Positions 19,949 through 30,120 of a DNA stretch of 64,000 nucleotides are shown one piece after another. Under the pieces are notes generated by a model. It was not told the DNA's origin. It saw only the letters and a program-made list of their open reading frames with translations, and did no database searches. Position 1 is the first letter of the stretch. The number at the start of each line of letters is the position of its first letter. The stretch comes from an uncultured Verrucomicrobiota bacterium (GTDB taxonomy: Bacteria > Verrucomicrobiota > Verrucomicrobiia > CAZIPW01), in the NCBI GenBank assembly GCA_964541675.1, contig CAZIPW010000003.1, forward strand, positions 22,770 to 86,769, in the 5' to 3' direction. Position numbers and translations under genes: made by a program.

Positions 19949-21873
19949 TGTTGTCCTTGCTGTTCCTCTTTCTTGATAACTTCGTCGGTCTCAGGATCAA
20001 TCACATTTTTTCTCCACGCCCGATTGCGGTCCACCTCCTTGTTGATCCAGTCTTTCGACAAACTCTCGGTGCGTTTGACGAAGGTGCCATCCGAGGTGCC
20101 ATCCTTCATGATGGTCGGGGTTATAAACAAATAAATACTGGAATGCGTCAGGGAGCGCGACTTGTTTTTGAACAGGAAGCCAAACAGCGGAAGGTCGCCA
20201 ACCCCCGGCAATCCACTGGTGGTATTATCATCCTCCACGCGTTCCAGCCCTCCTATGGCCAATGTATAGCCCTGCGGCACGTCAACCATGCCGCTATAGG
20301 TGGAATTATTCGTGGTCACCGCGCCGGTATATTGGTTAGCTGTCGTATTGGCGGCCTGCGTTGATATCTGTATTGAGATATTGAGCTGCACCAGGGTGTC
20401 ATTGATTTGGCGGGGAGTAATCGAAATGGTCGTACCCACCTGTTGTGTTCCAAGTGTTTGCGTTCCAACCACCGCTCCGGTTGTATTGTCCTGCGAAACC
20501 AGGTGGGTCGCACTCGCCAGCGGTATATTCTCCGTGGTCTGAATCTGCACCTGTTGGCCGTTTTGCGTCACCACGCTAGGATAGTGGGCAATCTGACTAT
20601 CCGTCTGACTCTGGAAAGCGGAGAGACCTACCTGAAAGTTCTGAGATTGAATCAGCATACCCGTTGGAATATGCAGATGGTTCGTGTGACCCAGATTCAA
20701 CGTGGTACTTCCATTCGCGGGCACTATTTGGACAGAGTTTCCATTGCTCCAATCAAAACCCATGCTTGTACTGGGATCTCTTGAGCTTTCCAGGAACATG
20801 GCTTCTATGGCAATATTGCTGGTCGGATTGTCAATAGCTTTAAGGTATTGTTCTACCCATTGGTGTTGTATGGCTGTGGCAATGACGAAAAGTGTATTGG
20901 CATCGGCATCGTAGCTGACATAGGTGTTCTGGCTGACGTTGACTGTATTGTTCGCGTTGCTCTTGCTACTGGTATCTGAAGGCTTTGTATCCGCGACATT
21001 GGCAGTGGTTTCTACTTGGCCATCGGAACCTATCGTTCCGCCAAAAGTGACATCTATTCCCAGGATCTCCTGCAGCGTATTCATGACCACCTGCCCGGTG
21101 GTGCTCGTTGCATTGGTACTCGTGGGGGTTATGCTTGCACCATTTGTCGCGGTAGACGTACCGCTGGTACTGTTACTGGTTGTAGTGCTGTTAGTAGTGG
21201 AGTTTGTCGACGAAGCGCCATTGGTTCCGCTCGTACTGGTGCTAACGGTGCCCGATCCGCTGGTTGATTGTCCCAACTGAATATTCTTCAGCTTGTAGAT
21301 CTTGGCGTAATACTCCGCCTTATCTTTCTTGCGGATAAACCAAAGGCCGTCCTGTTCGTAGATGCCCAAGCCAAAATTGTTTGCCAGAACCTCCATGGCC
21401 TTAAAGGGCGGCATATGCATATTGACCGTCACTTTTTCCGTGTCCAATGCTGGCAGAATGTAGTTGATGCCCGCAGCCTCCGCCAAATATCTTAGAGCGT
21501 CCCTGATAGGTACTTCTTCCATGCGGATATCTGCCACGGGCTGCCTAAGGAGCTTTTGACGCGGCGACACGATCACGCTCTCCACACTTATCTTGTTGGT
21601 AAACTTGCCATCGTTGGGTGCCACCTGTGCGGCCACCCCATTGCCATTGCCTTGATCAGTCTTTATTTTCTCATTGGCTGCAGTCTTGGGCACGGTTGCC
21701 ATCTTGTCTTTCTGCATAAATGGCGGTAAATCAAACTGATCTGATTGTGCCGCTGCCGCAGCAGCCTGAAGGGGGCCAGACTGTGCTCCCAAGGGGCAAA
21801 TCACCACGAGCAGCAAGAGTAAACCCCACCCAAGATTAGCGAAAATACGGATAATGGACGATGACTCTTTCAC
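19945..21873 (-). CDS. pilQ: secretin (PilQ/GspD family, 642 aa)
   Basis: Signal peptide; C-terminal secretin motif GLPGVGDLPLFGFLFKNKSRSLTHSSIYLFITPTIM; internal Ser/Thr/Asn-rich linker. Confidence 0.85.
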   Translation of the reverse strand: MKESSSIIRIFANLGWGLLLLLVVICPLGAQSGPLQAAAAAAQSDQFDLPPFMQKDKMATVPKTAANEKIKTDQGNGNGVAAQVAPNDGKFTNKISVESVIVSPRQKLLRQPVADIRMEEVPIRDALRYLAEAAGINYILPALDTEKVTVNMHMPPFKAMEVLANNFGLGIYEQDGLWFIRKKDKAEYYAKIYKLKNIQLGQSTSGSGTVSTSTSGTNGASSTNSTTNSTTTSNSTSGTSTATNGASITPTSTNATSTTGQVVMNTLQEILGIDVTFGGTIGSDGQVETTANVADTKPSDTSSKSNANNTVNVSQNTYVSYDADANTLFVIATAIQHQWVEQYLKAIDNPTSNIAIEAMFLESSRDPSTSMGFDWSNGNSVQIVPANGSTTLNLGHTNHLHIPTGMLIQSQNFQVGLSAFQSQTDSQIAHYPSVVTQNGQQVQIQTTENIPLASATHLVSQDNTTGAVVGTQTLGTQQVGTTISITPRQINDTLVQLNISIQISTQAANTTANQYTGAVTTNNSTYSGMVDVPQGYTLAIGGLERVEDDNTTSGLPGVGDLPLFGFLFKNKSRSLTHSSIYLFITPTIMKDGTSDGTFVKRTESLSKDWINKEVDRNRAWRKNVIDPETDEVIKKEEQQGQQ

Positions 21874-24043
21874 TATAGTTCTCCAGAGCCTGTCCTACGG
21901 CACTTTTATAACTAAAATTAAGCGAACATGAAGGGGCCACTGCACCCGACATATTGCTTAAACTTGCCGCAATTCCCTCTCCTGTGGCTACTCCGCCATA
22001 GAAGGTGGCTGAGCCTGTACCGCTTGAATAGGTACTTTGAGGAGTCGTCAGGAGCGTCCCCAGAGGGGAACCGGCCAGAACAAAGGCTGGCCAAGTGCCA
22101 TTGCTCGCCACCGTTACCGTACTGTCCATTTTCAACACCAAGTACCCTGGAAACCAGCTTGGAATTACGGTCAATTTTTTCTTCAATGCCAGCGCTCCGT
22201 TAATCGTAATAAACACCTCATTTGTAGCCGGCACGTAGAAGAAGCCGAAAGTGTTGATCGAGCTTCCCACAATGGTCTGTGTTTGCGTGGTCGTGTCATA
22301 TGCGGTCAGCGTGATGCCGGAAGACAAATATGTATTATAGTTCACGGTGCCTGTCGAAGTATTGATATTTAAATCCAATCGTTCGCTTCCGGTTGAAGTG
22401 GAGTCCACATAGGAAGACGTATTGGTAAAAATTACATCCAGGTTCCCACTATTAAAACTGGTTGTTGTAACATATGCCCCTATCACGCCACCGCCACAAG
22501 AATAGCCCGGATAGGTCCCTATCACCCCTTCACCCAGAGACAACTCACACCATCCTCCAGCTCCCGAGGAAGACAGATGAGCTCCACCTACTGTCGAACT
22601 GTTCAGAGACGGGGATAAGCTGCCGTTTCCCCAGCCGGTAACCGTCGAATCGCTTGACGTAAATCCGGTACCGCTGCTACCACCGAGCGTTCCAATCCTG
22701 TTGAAGGTATCGCTTACCCATGTGGTTCCCTTCGTGTAAGCACTTAGGGCAAAAGGGTATGCCCAATTAAGCGCTGACGTCGCACTGCTACCGTTGTATC
22801 CCAGATCGGCCAGTCCGACCACGCCATAGCTTGTCGCTGCCTGTACTGGTGCCAAACTACTGGCGCTGTTCTTTGTCCACAGATACAACATACCGTCCGT
22901 GGCAATCGATATGGGTGCGAGCGCCCCGCTGCCACTACTGTCCATGATCACAATCCCCGCCGCCATGGCCGTGGGGGTCGTACAGTGAATGTACCACTTC
23001 TTATACTGATAGTTGCTTGATATTGATAAGGTCGTTAGGTCAATGATTACCCGTGTTTTGCCATCGAATGTTCCCGTGTTAATCGCGGCAGGCACCGTTG
23101 TGCCACCAACTGGGGCACTAAGTACATTGACGTACGTCCCGTCAAAGCTCAGGACTATCGCATTGGGGTCCAGGCTGTACATCTGCCTGTTCTGCAGTGT
23201 TGTACCGGTACTGGCATAAGCGCTGATCGATTCTGGTCCCAAGGCAGACATCCCATAGGTGCTCAGAAGATTATTGAATGTCGGCGGGGAGGCTCCCATA
23301 AGATAGAAGTCACTCGAAACCTGGGCTGACGGATTAGACGAGGTCGCACTATCAAATTGCACCGCCGGGCCTCCGCACAGGCTAGAAACATTGATCGTAT
23401 CCAAAAATTTATTGTAGCTGCTTGTGAAAGTGGTATTGGAATTGTATCCATTGACAATTCTGTAGGCCGCGCTGAATGGCAGGAAGCACGTGGGAATCTC
23501 TTTGTACAGATAAAGGGTCCTGCCATATGTGAATGCCTGGTTGTTCCATGTTGGAGTATAACTGGCGCTCAAGGCTCCCACAGGCACAAACCCCTGTGCG
23601 AAACTGAGTGGATGTTCCAGAAAATTATCGTAGCCTATGCTCGTGTTGCTTGTTTTTGAAAAGGGGAACGTTGCCGGCCAGGAGCTGACTGTTACGCTTC
23701 CTGCGTTAGTTACAACACTGCTGTCCGGGTACGCCCAGAGCTCTGCTGATTGCAGGGCTGTCTGATAATGACCCGCGTCAAATCCAAGGATAACAGTCTG
23801 AGACAAGCCGTGGCTTATATAGTCCTTCAACAGGTAGTCAAACTCACTCCTGTGAGCCATATCCATCCCCTCCGTCAGGATCTTCACCTTCCCCTGTTGT
23901 TCGACAAAAGACTGCTGTACCACCGCGTTTGTGATAAGAAAATACAGTCCTGTCACCATGATCGCCAACGCTCCCACTGCAAATAGAAAGATCAGCAGCA
24001 GGCTGGCTTTTGATGGCTGCACTGTATAGGTAATGCTTTGCAT
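21836..24043 (-). CDS. membrane-anchored Ser/Thr/Gly/Asn-rich protein (735 aa); possible pilus-associated adhesin or tip factor
   Basis: Single N-terminal TM helix LLLIFLFAVGALAIMVTGLYFLI followed by about 700 aa of low-hydrophobicity S/T/G/N/Y-rich sequence; embedded in the pilus operon. Confidence 0.55.
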   Translation of the reverse strand: MQSITYTVQPSKASLLLIFLFAVGALAIMVTGLYFLITNAVVQQSFVEQQGKVKILTEGMDMAHRSEFDYLLKDYISHGLSQTVILGFDAGHYQTALQSAELWAYPDSSVVTNAGSVTVSSWPATFPFSKTSNTSIGYDNFLEHPLSFAQGFVPVGALSASYTPTWNNQAFTYGRTLYLYKEIPTCFLPFSAAYRIVNGYNSNTTFTSSYNKFLDTINVSSLCGGPAVQFDSATSSNPSAQVSSDFYLMGASPPTFNNLLSTYGMSALGPESISAYASTGTTLQNRQMYSLDPNAIVLSFDGTYVNVLSAPVGGTTVPAAINTGTFDGKTRVIIDLTTLSISSNYQYKKWYIHCTTPTAMAAGIVIMDSSGSGALAPISIATDGMLYLWTKNSASSLAPVQAATSYGVVGLADLGYNGSSATSALNWAYPFALSAYTKGTTWVSDTFNRIGTLGGSSGTGFTSSDSTVTGWGNGSLSPSLNSSTVGGAHLSSSGAGGWCELSLGEGVIGTYPGYSCGGGVIGAYVTTTSFNSGNLDVIFTNTSSYVDSTSTGSERLDLNINTSTGTVNYNTYLSSGITLTAYDTTTQTQTIVGSSINTFGFFYVPATNEVFITINGALALKKKLTVIPSWFPGYLVLKMDSTVTVASNGTWPAFVLAGSPLGTLLTTPQSTYSSGTGSATFYGGVATGEGIAASLSNMSGAVAPSCSLNFSYKSAVGQALENYSERVIVHYPYFR

Positions 24044-24044
24044 A

Positions 24045-24980
24045 CTAGTACCACTTCCCTATCGTAGCTGGCGCTGTTTGCCCAGTACTGCCGTTCTCAG
24101 GTGCAAACGTCCAGAAGAAAGAATTTGCGCTTGTGCCCACAGCTCCCCATACATCTGCCGTCTTTTTGACTCTTCGCGCCTGATTGCCTGTTTGAATATC
24201 CTTGAGCGCCGTACTGAAGGCAGTAGGGAAACGAAAGACTATAGAGTTCTTGCTACCATTTCTTGTAATGCTGGGAAACGTGGTGGTTATGGTACTCTGA
24301 TCGGAGGCCGTAAATGAGGCTCCCGGCGCAAAATACGAGAAGGTCTGCCCTGCAATCAACTGGCTTCCGTTATTTTCGTATCTGGTAAGCGTATACTTCA
24401 TTCCGCTGACGCCATTTTGCGTAGTCAACATATCAGTCAGGTATACGACGGCATTGATTGTTGGTACCTCGTACGATACACCTGGCGCGCTGGAAGTCCC
24501 TCCCAGAAGCACCAAAGTATAATACTGGACGGAGTTGGCAACGGATGGCTGTCCCAAAATCGACCCATTGCCCGTAATTGCCGCGTTATTTTCTCCCCAT
24601 AGGAAGAGGAAGGCACCATCATTTACAGGAGTTATGGATGTATTCCATATATTGCAATCCCCACCGTGGTTGATCACATTGATTCCCACATATATGTGAG
24701 TCAGAGGAAAACTCAAGGGGTTCCCTCCTGTAAAACCCTCAGTCAAACATGAATTGTACACATAGGCCCTGCTCGCAGAAGAAAAATCCTTTTCTATTTC
24801 GAGCATAAGCCGTGAAAGCTCAACTTGTTGCAGTTGGTTTGTCGGGAAAAGACCGTTGCTGACGCCCATGATCTGGAACATTGTCACGCTGCCAGCCGAC
24901 ATGACAAGAACTGTCAGGGTAACTGTCAGGAGCAGTTCCAGTGTTAGCCATCCCCTACTCTTCTTCTTGGTGTGGCACAT
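24045..24980 (-). CDS. minor pilin / pseudopilin-like protein (311 aa)
   Basis: Prepilin-like N-terminus SRGWLTLELLLTVTLTVLVMSAG. Confidence 0.6.
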   Translation of the reverse strand: MCHTKKKSRGWLTLELLLTVTLTVLVMSAGSVTMFQIMGVSNGLFPTNQLQQVELSRLMLEIEKDFSSASRAYVYNSCLTEGFTGGNPLSFPLTHIYVGINVINHGGDCNIWNTSITPVNDGAFLFLWGENNAAITGNGSILGQPSVANSVQYYTLVLLGGTSSAPGVSYEVPTINAVVYLTDMLTTQNGVSGMKYTLTRYENNGSQLIAGQTFSYFAPGASFTASDQSTITTTFPSITRNGSKNSIVFRFPTAFSTALKDIQTGNQARRVKKTADVWGAVGTSANSFFWTFAPENGSTGQTAPATIGKWY

Positions 24981-24991
24981 GGGTTTACCTT

Positions 24992-26059
24992 CTATCTCTT
25001 GCGGAATATTTTAACAACGGATTGTTCTATGGTAGACTGGGTGGGTACACATGATGTACCATCCTCCGGCATTTTGGAAGGGGTATATTTTCTGAAGATA
25101 GCATCCTGAGGAGAGAGCGTCTGTATCTCACTAAGCTCTTGGGTCTGCCCAACAAGTATGCCGACCACCTCGGCCTTGCGGTTTAACACCACGCTGCCCA
25201 GCAAATCCCCGTCCATTGTTGGCGAAAGTTTGATGGAATTACCCGATGACTCCCGGATAAAGCCCTCCAAGAAGCGTATCCCATCTTTCTGCCCAACAGA
25301 GTACCCCACAGGAAACACTTCCTCCGCCCGCTCAGGTTTTCGAGAGGTCAAATACAACGGGATGGATTTTATATTCACCTTCAGCAGTCCAATGCCTCTT
25401 TTGGTATCGCTCTCCACCAAAGTTGCCCTGCTGTACCCATACGGGGTCAACACACTCAGCTCCGCTCCCTGGGCTATATCCAGGGGAACAACGGCCACAC
25501 CATCCTCGTTAATAAAGAATCCATTGCCGGCCATCTCCCACACATTGTAGTTTGTTTTGCCGGCATCATCTACATCGTGCTTGAAATTAAAGAATATCTT
25601 GAAAGACTCTCCACCAAATCCGCTGGCATCGTCTTTCTGGAAAACAGCCTCCGACTGGCTGATACTCAAAATTGTCACCGTATCGCCTCCCACGGGCGCT
25701 GCAGAGTCTTTTTTCTTGTCTGTGGATTTTTCATCAGATTTGGCCGCCGCGTTGATGGGCACCTTGTCCCGCACACGGTAACTTTTGGCATCTATGACCA
25801 GCAGCGGAGCGCCGTTGGGCTGAATTACGTACCCCTTGATACGCCTCAAGAGCGCTTGCGAAAGCTCTGAATTCGAATCCGAACGAACCTCCGTAATGGG
25901 TTCGAATGGGTTAAAGCCCAGAGTCTCATCTGCGTCCGTGCTGCGATATCCCGGCTCAATGCCGGATTGAATCTCTGGGGCCGGAACCTGCGCGCACAAG
26001 CTCTGTACGGCCATTAGGCTAACTAAAACCAGCATGATCGACTTTGATGTGTTCCTCAT
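24992..26059 (-). CDS. secreted hypothetical protein (355 aa); possible degenerate trypsin-like or PilP-like accessory
   Basis: Signal peptide MRNTSKSIMLVLVSLMAVQSLCAQ; C-terminal GNSIKLSP..VGILVG reminiscent of a GDSGGP region but not conserved. Confidence 0.45.
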   Translation of the reverse strand: MRNTSKSIMLVLVSLMAVQSLCAQVPAPEIQSGIEPGYRSTDADETLGFNPFEPITEVRSDSNSELSQALLRRIKGYVIQPNGAPLLVIDAKSYRVRDKVPINAAAKSDEKSTDKKKDSAAPVGGDTVTILSISQSEAVFQKDDASGFGGESFKIFFNFKHDVDDAGKTNYNVWEMAGNGFFINEDGVAVVPLDIAQGAELSVLTPYGYSRATLVESDTKRGIGLLKVNIKSIPLYLTSRKPERAEEVFPVGYSVGQKDGIRFLEGFIRESSGNSIKLSPTMDGDLLGSVVLNRKAEVVGILVGQTQELSEIQTLSPQDAIFRKYTPSKMPEDGTSCVPTQSTIEQSVVKIFRKR

Positions 26060-27003
26060 GATTGTACCAGTGCCTTAAAATCCAGGTTGGGCTCCATTTT
26101 ATCCCATTTTCCAAATTCGATATCACTTCTGTCCTGTAGATATCCCCCGAGCTCCAAGGTCGTCTCTGAGAGGTTACCCGACACAGTCCATTTAAAGAGC
26201 ACCTTCTTTCCAAAAACCCTCTTTGCTATTACAGCGGCCTCGGCACAGTTTGCAAAAAAGACCCTTATCTGTTCTATCGTCTCGGGGCTGCTATTCTTGT
26301 CCAAGAACAACGGTGTGGCCCGAAAAACTTCCGGGGAGAACCTTTCATTGTCATAATCGAACACAATAACGTGCGCCTGGCTAACAACCGTTCCCAGTAC
26401 TATAAATTCCTCCTGTATTTTCGGATCTTCTCCACTCCAGCCCTTGTCCCCAAACATGGCATTCAAGAGTGCATAAGGCGCCAATTGGCTTCTGACTATC
26501 GTCAATCCATGGTCCTTAAGTCCTTTTTCAAGCTCCATATATGGGGCTTTATTCACCGCGAAGAGTATCCTCGTCTGACGGTCCGGCGCCATTAAGATCT
26601 GGTAGACCTTTTCCTCTTCGTAGACAGAACCTATCAGGCTCTTGGGATCGGATCTGAGTTTTGCCTCTAACATTTCGCCCTTCTCTGCCCGGGGCCCATT
26701 TTGGGCCTCACAGTACAGATTCATGGCACTATACAGCACGGCTACGCAGTTGCAGTCTGTTCTCTGCTTGAGTGTTTCACACACCTCTTCTATGGGTGTC
26801 ATCACCGGCAGGGATAATTCTTCCGGAGCGACCTCCATCCCCCTGTCAGTCTTCGTGGCAAAGGATATTTTTATCACACTTGGGCCCCAGTGCAAAAGCG
26901 CCAGCCTTTTTCCGGGAAGTCTCAAATACAATGGATATGCCACGTCTGCCGGATCAACCCGGAAGGCATTTAGCAAACTCAGATTGATTATCTCTCTAAT
27001 CAT
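26056..27003 (-). CDS. hypothetical cytoplasmic protein (PilM/GspL-like position); start revised to the internal Met (ORF track gives 27129)
   Basis: Starting at MIREIINLSL gives an ATGA overlap with the upstream gene that ends at 27000; no TM segment; position matches PilM/GspL in pilMNO-type operons. Confidence 0.4.
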   Translation of the reverse strand: MIREIINLSLLNAFRVDPADVAYPLYLRLPGKRLALLHWGPSVIKISFATKTDRGMEVAPEELSLPVMTPIEEVCETLKQRTDCNCVAVLYSAMNLYCEAQNGPRAEKGEMLEAKLRSDPKSLIGSVYEEEKVYQILMAPDRQTRILFAVNKAPYMELEKGLKDHGLTIVRSQLAPYALLNAMFGDKGWSGEDPKIQEEFIVLGTVVSQAHVIVFDYDNERFSPEVFRATPLFLDKNSSPETIEQIRVFFANCAEAAVIAKRVFGKKVLFKWTVSGNLSETTLELGGYLQDRSDIEFGKWDKMEPNLDFKALVQS

Positions 27004-27629
27004 TTGATTTCTCCTATCATCTTGTAACGGAACCCCACCGTCAATCTGACTTCTTCCGGCGATCGGGCCACCCAACGCGTTTGTACTATACGCAGGCTTC
27101 CCATCTCGTTTTCCGCTCTCCTCATCCAAGCCATCAGCTGTTGAAAGGGCCCCACCATTGTTACTTTTAGCTCTATCAGATTGCGGGACTGCTGCGTGGT
27201 TATCACTGGCGGGATCGGCATACCCGGTGGCGGCGCCCCCACAGCTCTGGTAGAAGGCATCTTGGGGCCAAGACGATTACTACGGACACCGGACTGCATA
27301 TTCAGAGGGGACACCTCAATGACGTTTACCCCAAGTTCCTCAGCCATCTTTTGGAGTTTCTGTTTCAGTTTTGACTCGTCTATTCTGCCCTCTTTATCAA
27401 GCCATCTGGCAAAATAATCATTGTAAATCTTGTCGATCTTCTGGTTCTCGGCCAATTTTTTTTGTTCGTCCTCCAGCTGTTTCTGGGATATTCTTAGCAT
27501 CTCGCCAGAGCTTTTGTATTTCTTCATCTTATCCAGCGTCGCTACGCTTTGCATGACAAAGAACCCTATGGCGGTTATGTATACCAACATCAAAATCGTT
27601 AGCGCAGGATAGTACCCCAGCTTCTTCAT
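27000..27629 (-). CDS. bitopic PilO/PilN/GspM-like protein (209 aa)
   Basis: N-terminal TM helix ALTILMLVYITAIGFFVM, then a coiled-coil region, then a C-terminal domain; this architecture is typical of pilus alignment proteins. Confidence 0.5.
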   Translation of the reverse strand: MKKLGYYPALTILMLVYITAIGFFVMQSVATLDKMKKYKSSGEMLRISQKQLEDEQKKLAENQKIDKIYNDYFARWLDKEGRIDESKLKQKLQKMAEELGVNVIEVSPLNMQSGVRSNRLGPKMPSTRAVGAPPPGMPIPPVITTQQSRNLIELKVTMVGPFQQLMAWMRRAENEMGSLRIVQTRWVARSPEEVRLTVGFRYKMIGEIK

Positions 27630-28285
27630 AGCCTCTTTTCCTTTCCGGCCACGGCGGCTCTTGGCAGATCGGGAACTTTACCCGTACTATATTTCACATT
27701 CTTGTCTCCACCCGGGTAATACTGGCTGGGCAACACAACGCTGGCATTAAGTTCCGTTCTACCACCATCCCCAACGCTCTGCTGTCTATCCTGCTGGTCT
27801 ACCCCCAATGTCGTCAGCTTGTCTTCAAAGTCCTCTGTATTTGGAATACTACCCCCGCCCCTGGAAAAGAATCTCATCATCAGAGAAAAATGCCCTTCCT
27901 CGCTGGGTTTGGCCTCCAGTGACATCTCCTGCAACCGTGTATCCCTAGGCAAAGACTTGTATATCTCCTGCAAGAAACTGCTCAAGTTATAATTTCCCCT
28001 CAGCCAACGGTTCCAGTCCTCATAATGCGTCTTGATCTCAATACTATGCGCGCCCTGCGCCTGAGTCGCCGATATCTGAGCGTTAATTTCATCCAGTTTC
28101 TTCCTGTCCTGATTTGCAAGATTATCCAGTTGGTGTTCCCGAAACACGAACACGGACCATACAGCAATACTCAACAATACCGCTATGTAGGATCCTGCCA
28201 CTATCCAACGGAAGGACTCCGGCGCGCACGGCTTGTAGTTGCGCGCACTCTTGATGTCCTGCGGGTATGTTTCGAGTAGTTGCAT
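27626..28285 (-). CDS. bitopic PilN/GspL-like protein (219 aa)
   Basis: TM helix WIVAGSYIAVLLSIAVWSVFVF followed by a coiled coil; 4-nt overlaps with both neighbouring genes. Confidence 0.5.
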   Translation of the reverse strand: MQLLETYPQDIKSARNYKPCAPESFRWIVAGSYIAVLLSIAVWSVFVFREHQLDNLANQDRKKLDEINAQISATQAQGAHSIEIKTHYEDWNRWLRGNYNLSSFLQEIYKSLPRDTRLQEMSLEAKPSEEGHFSLMMRFFSRGGGSIPNTEDFEDKLTTLGVDQQDRQQSVGDGGRTELNASVVLPSQYYPGGDKNVKYSTGKVPDLPRAAVAGKEKRL

Positions 28286-29367
28286 TATTCACCAGGCATT
28301 TGGGCCGTCACCAGCGGCAGCCATTTTTGATAAGCCATGTCATCTATCATATGCTTTGTCTTGGCTACCTCCAGCGAGAGTTTGAAATCTTGTTGACCTT
28401 GCGCCTTGCCAAGAGATATCTGCTGGCGCATACCAGTCCAGTTGCTCTTGCGTATACAGTTGCTGATGGCCGGAGTTCTCTTGGCTATTTCGTGAATTGC
28501 AAAGCGTGTCCCATTGGACAAGGTTATCAGCCTCTGACAGACGATCATCTCCAAGGCTGTGGCTAGAATCGCTTTTGTAAAATCCTGCCGATTCTCGGGA
28601 ATGAGCTGCAGATATCGTTGGACGGCTTCTTCCGGGCTCCCCGTATGAAAGGAAGCCAGCACCAGGTGTCCTGTTTCTGCTGCCTGCAGAGCCACCTCTG
28701 CTGTCAGCTGGTCTCTGATCTCTCCGACTAATATAACGTGTGGCCTCTGTCTCAGAGCAGCGCGCAACCCGGTGGCAAAGCTTTCCACATGGGTGCCGAC
28801 TTCCCGTTGGCTGTACAAGGCCGCCGTATTGTCTGGATAGATATATTCTATGGGATCTTCCAGCGTTATAATATGTTCCTTCCTCCTAGTTCCGCGCCAC
28901 TTCAGGAATGACGCTATTGTAGTTGTTTTGCCCGCCCCGGTGGGTCCACATATCAATATTAGACCTCTATCCAGCGTAGTACCCGCTTCCAACAGCTGTT
29001 CCGGCATATTAATTGAGGTTGGTTCCGGTATTCCCGTCGAGAAAGGCCTTAGCACTATTCTGTGTCCTCTCATGTGCCTGTATAGCGCTGCCCTAAAACG
29101 ATGTCCTTCTACACTTAAGGCCGCGTCGATACTAAATCTATTTTCCTTGGCATCCTCTTCTTCCAAGGTATGGTTTCTAAGCTCCCCCATCAGTTGCAGA
29201 AACTCCTCTGTATCTACGTTGAACTGGGAGTCCGAAATCAATTCTCCACGCCTTACATAGAGCAATAGCCCTTTACTGTCGACAATCAGGTCGGAGATGT
29301 CTTTATACATCTCCAACCAATGCTTGATTCTTTCCCACAAGACTGTTTCGTGAAAGCTGGCTGCCAT
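28285..29367 (-). CDS. pilT: PilT-like retraction ATPase (360 aa)
   Basis: Walker A GPTGAGKTTT, VGEIRDQLTAE..TGHLVLASFHTGS; PilT-sized, lacks the GspE N-terminal domain and has no tetracysteine motif. Confidence 0.75.
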   Translation of the reverse strand: MAASFHETVLWERIKHWLEMYKDISDLIVDSKGLLLYVRRGELISDSQFNVDTEEFLQLMGELRNHTLEEEDAKENRFSIDAALSVEGHRFRAALYRHMRGHRIVLRPFSTGIPEPTSINMPEQLLEAGTTLDRGLILICGPTGAGKTTTIASFLKWRGTRRKEHIITLEDPIEYIYPDNTAALYSQREVGTHVESFATGLRAALRQRPHVILVGEIRDQLTAEVALQAAETGHLVLASFHTGSPEEAVQRYLQLIPENRQDFTKAILATALEMIVCQRLITLSNGTRFAIHEIAKRTPAISNCIRKSNWTGMRQQISLGKAQGQQDFKLSLEVAKTKHMIDDMAYQKWLPLVTAQMPGE

Positions 29368-29518
29368 ATGCTTGGCTCTACGGTCTTTTCCCGGGCAATT
29401 CTAAGGCGGAATCTTCAGGGTTATGTCAGATCTTTACCGTTTTTTAGCATCTTCTAAAAAATATCATATTCCTACGATTACACGTCATACACTCATCTTT
29501 CCATGTTAAACTGCCCAT

Positions 29519-30094
29519 ATGCAAAACTATCTTGTCAAGCTGGCTCAGAAACATCCGGAACTGCGGGTTTTTTCCGATGATATAGAAACACGAATTTCCT
29601 ACCCTATCGCCACAGATCACCTCATCTTCATGCGTACCACGGAGCCCAAACCCAGACCCATTGGTGAACTGCTTGAAGTTGTTGAGACTACGCTGGGCGG
29701 CAAGTTTCGTCTTCCTGTGGAGACCTCCCCCGAAAGAGCCTTGGAACCCATCGGTGGACGTACATCCGATTGTCATATGACTGGCCCTGTGGCGGCCATT
29801 GAGATATGGTCCATTGAGCCCGGTTGTTACGACCTTGTACTCAAGGTTCCACGGACTACTGCTCAAAGCTCCACCGTTGGCCTACCTCTCATAAATCGTT
29901 TTGTAGACCAGGCCAGGGAAATATCACGGCTGGTAGATACAACTGACCTTATACGCTTTCATACAGGGCCGTCTTTGACCGTTCGGGAAGCACAAAGCCA
30001 GTTGTCTTTCCTAGAAAAGAAGACCGGCACAAGACTTGATTCAGAGAGTCTTATGCAAATATTGGAACCACAAAACAAAGCCAGGCTCAATTAA
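29519..30094 (+). CDS. hypothetical protein (191 aa)
   Basis: Divergent from pilT across an AT-rich 150-nt intergenic region; the antisense ORF 29444-29866 is less protein-like. Confidence 0.45.
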   Translation: MQNYLVKLAQKHPELRVFSDDIETRISYPIATDHLIFMRTTEPKPRPIGELLEVVETTLGGKFRLPVETSPERALEPIGGRTSDCHMTGPVAAIEIWSIEPGCYDLVLKVPRTTAQSSTVGLPLINRFVDQAREISRLVDTTDLIRFHTGPSLTVREAQSQLSFLEKKTGTRLDSESLMQILEPQNKARLN

Positions 30095-30120
30095 ATTGTA
30101 ATTTTGCCGATGAATAGGAT

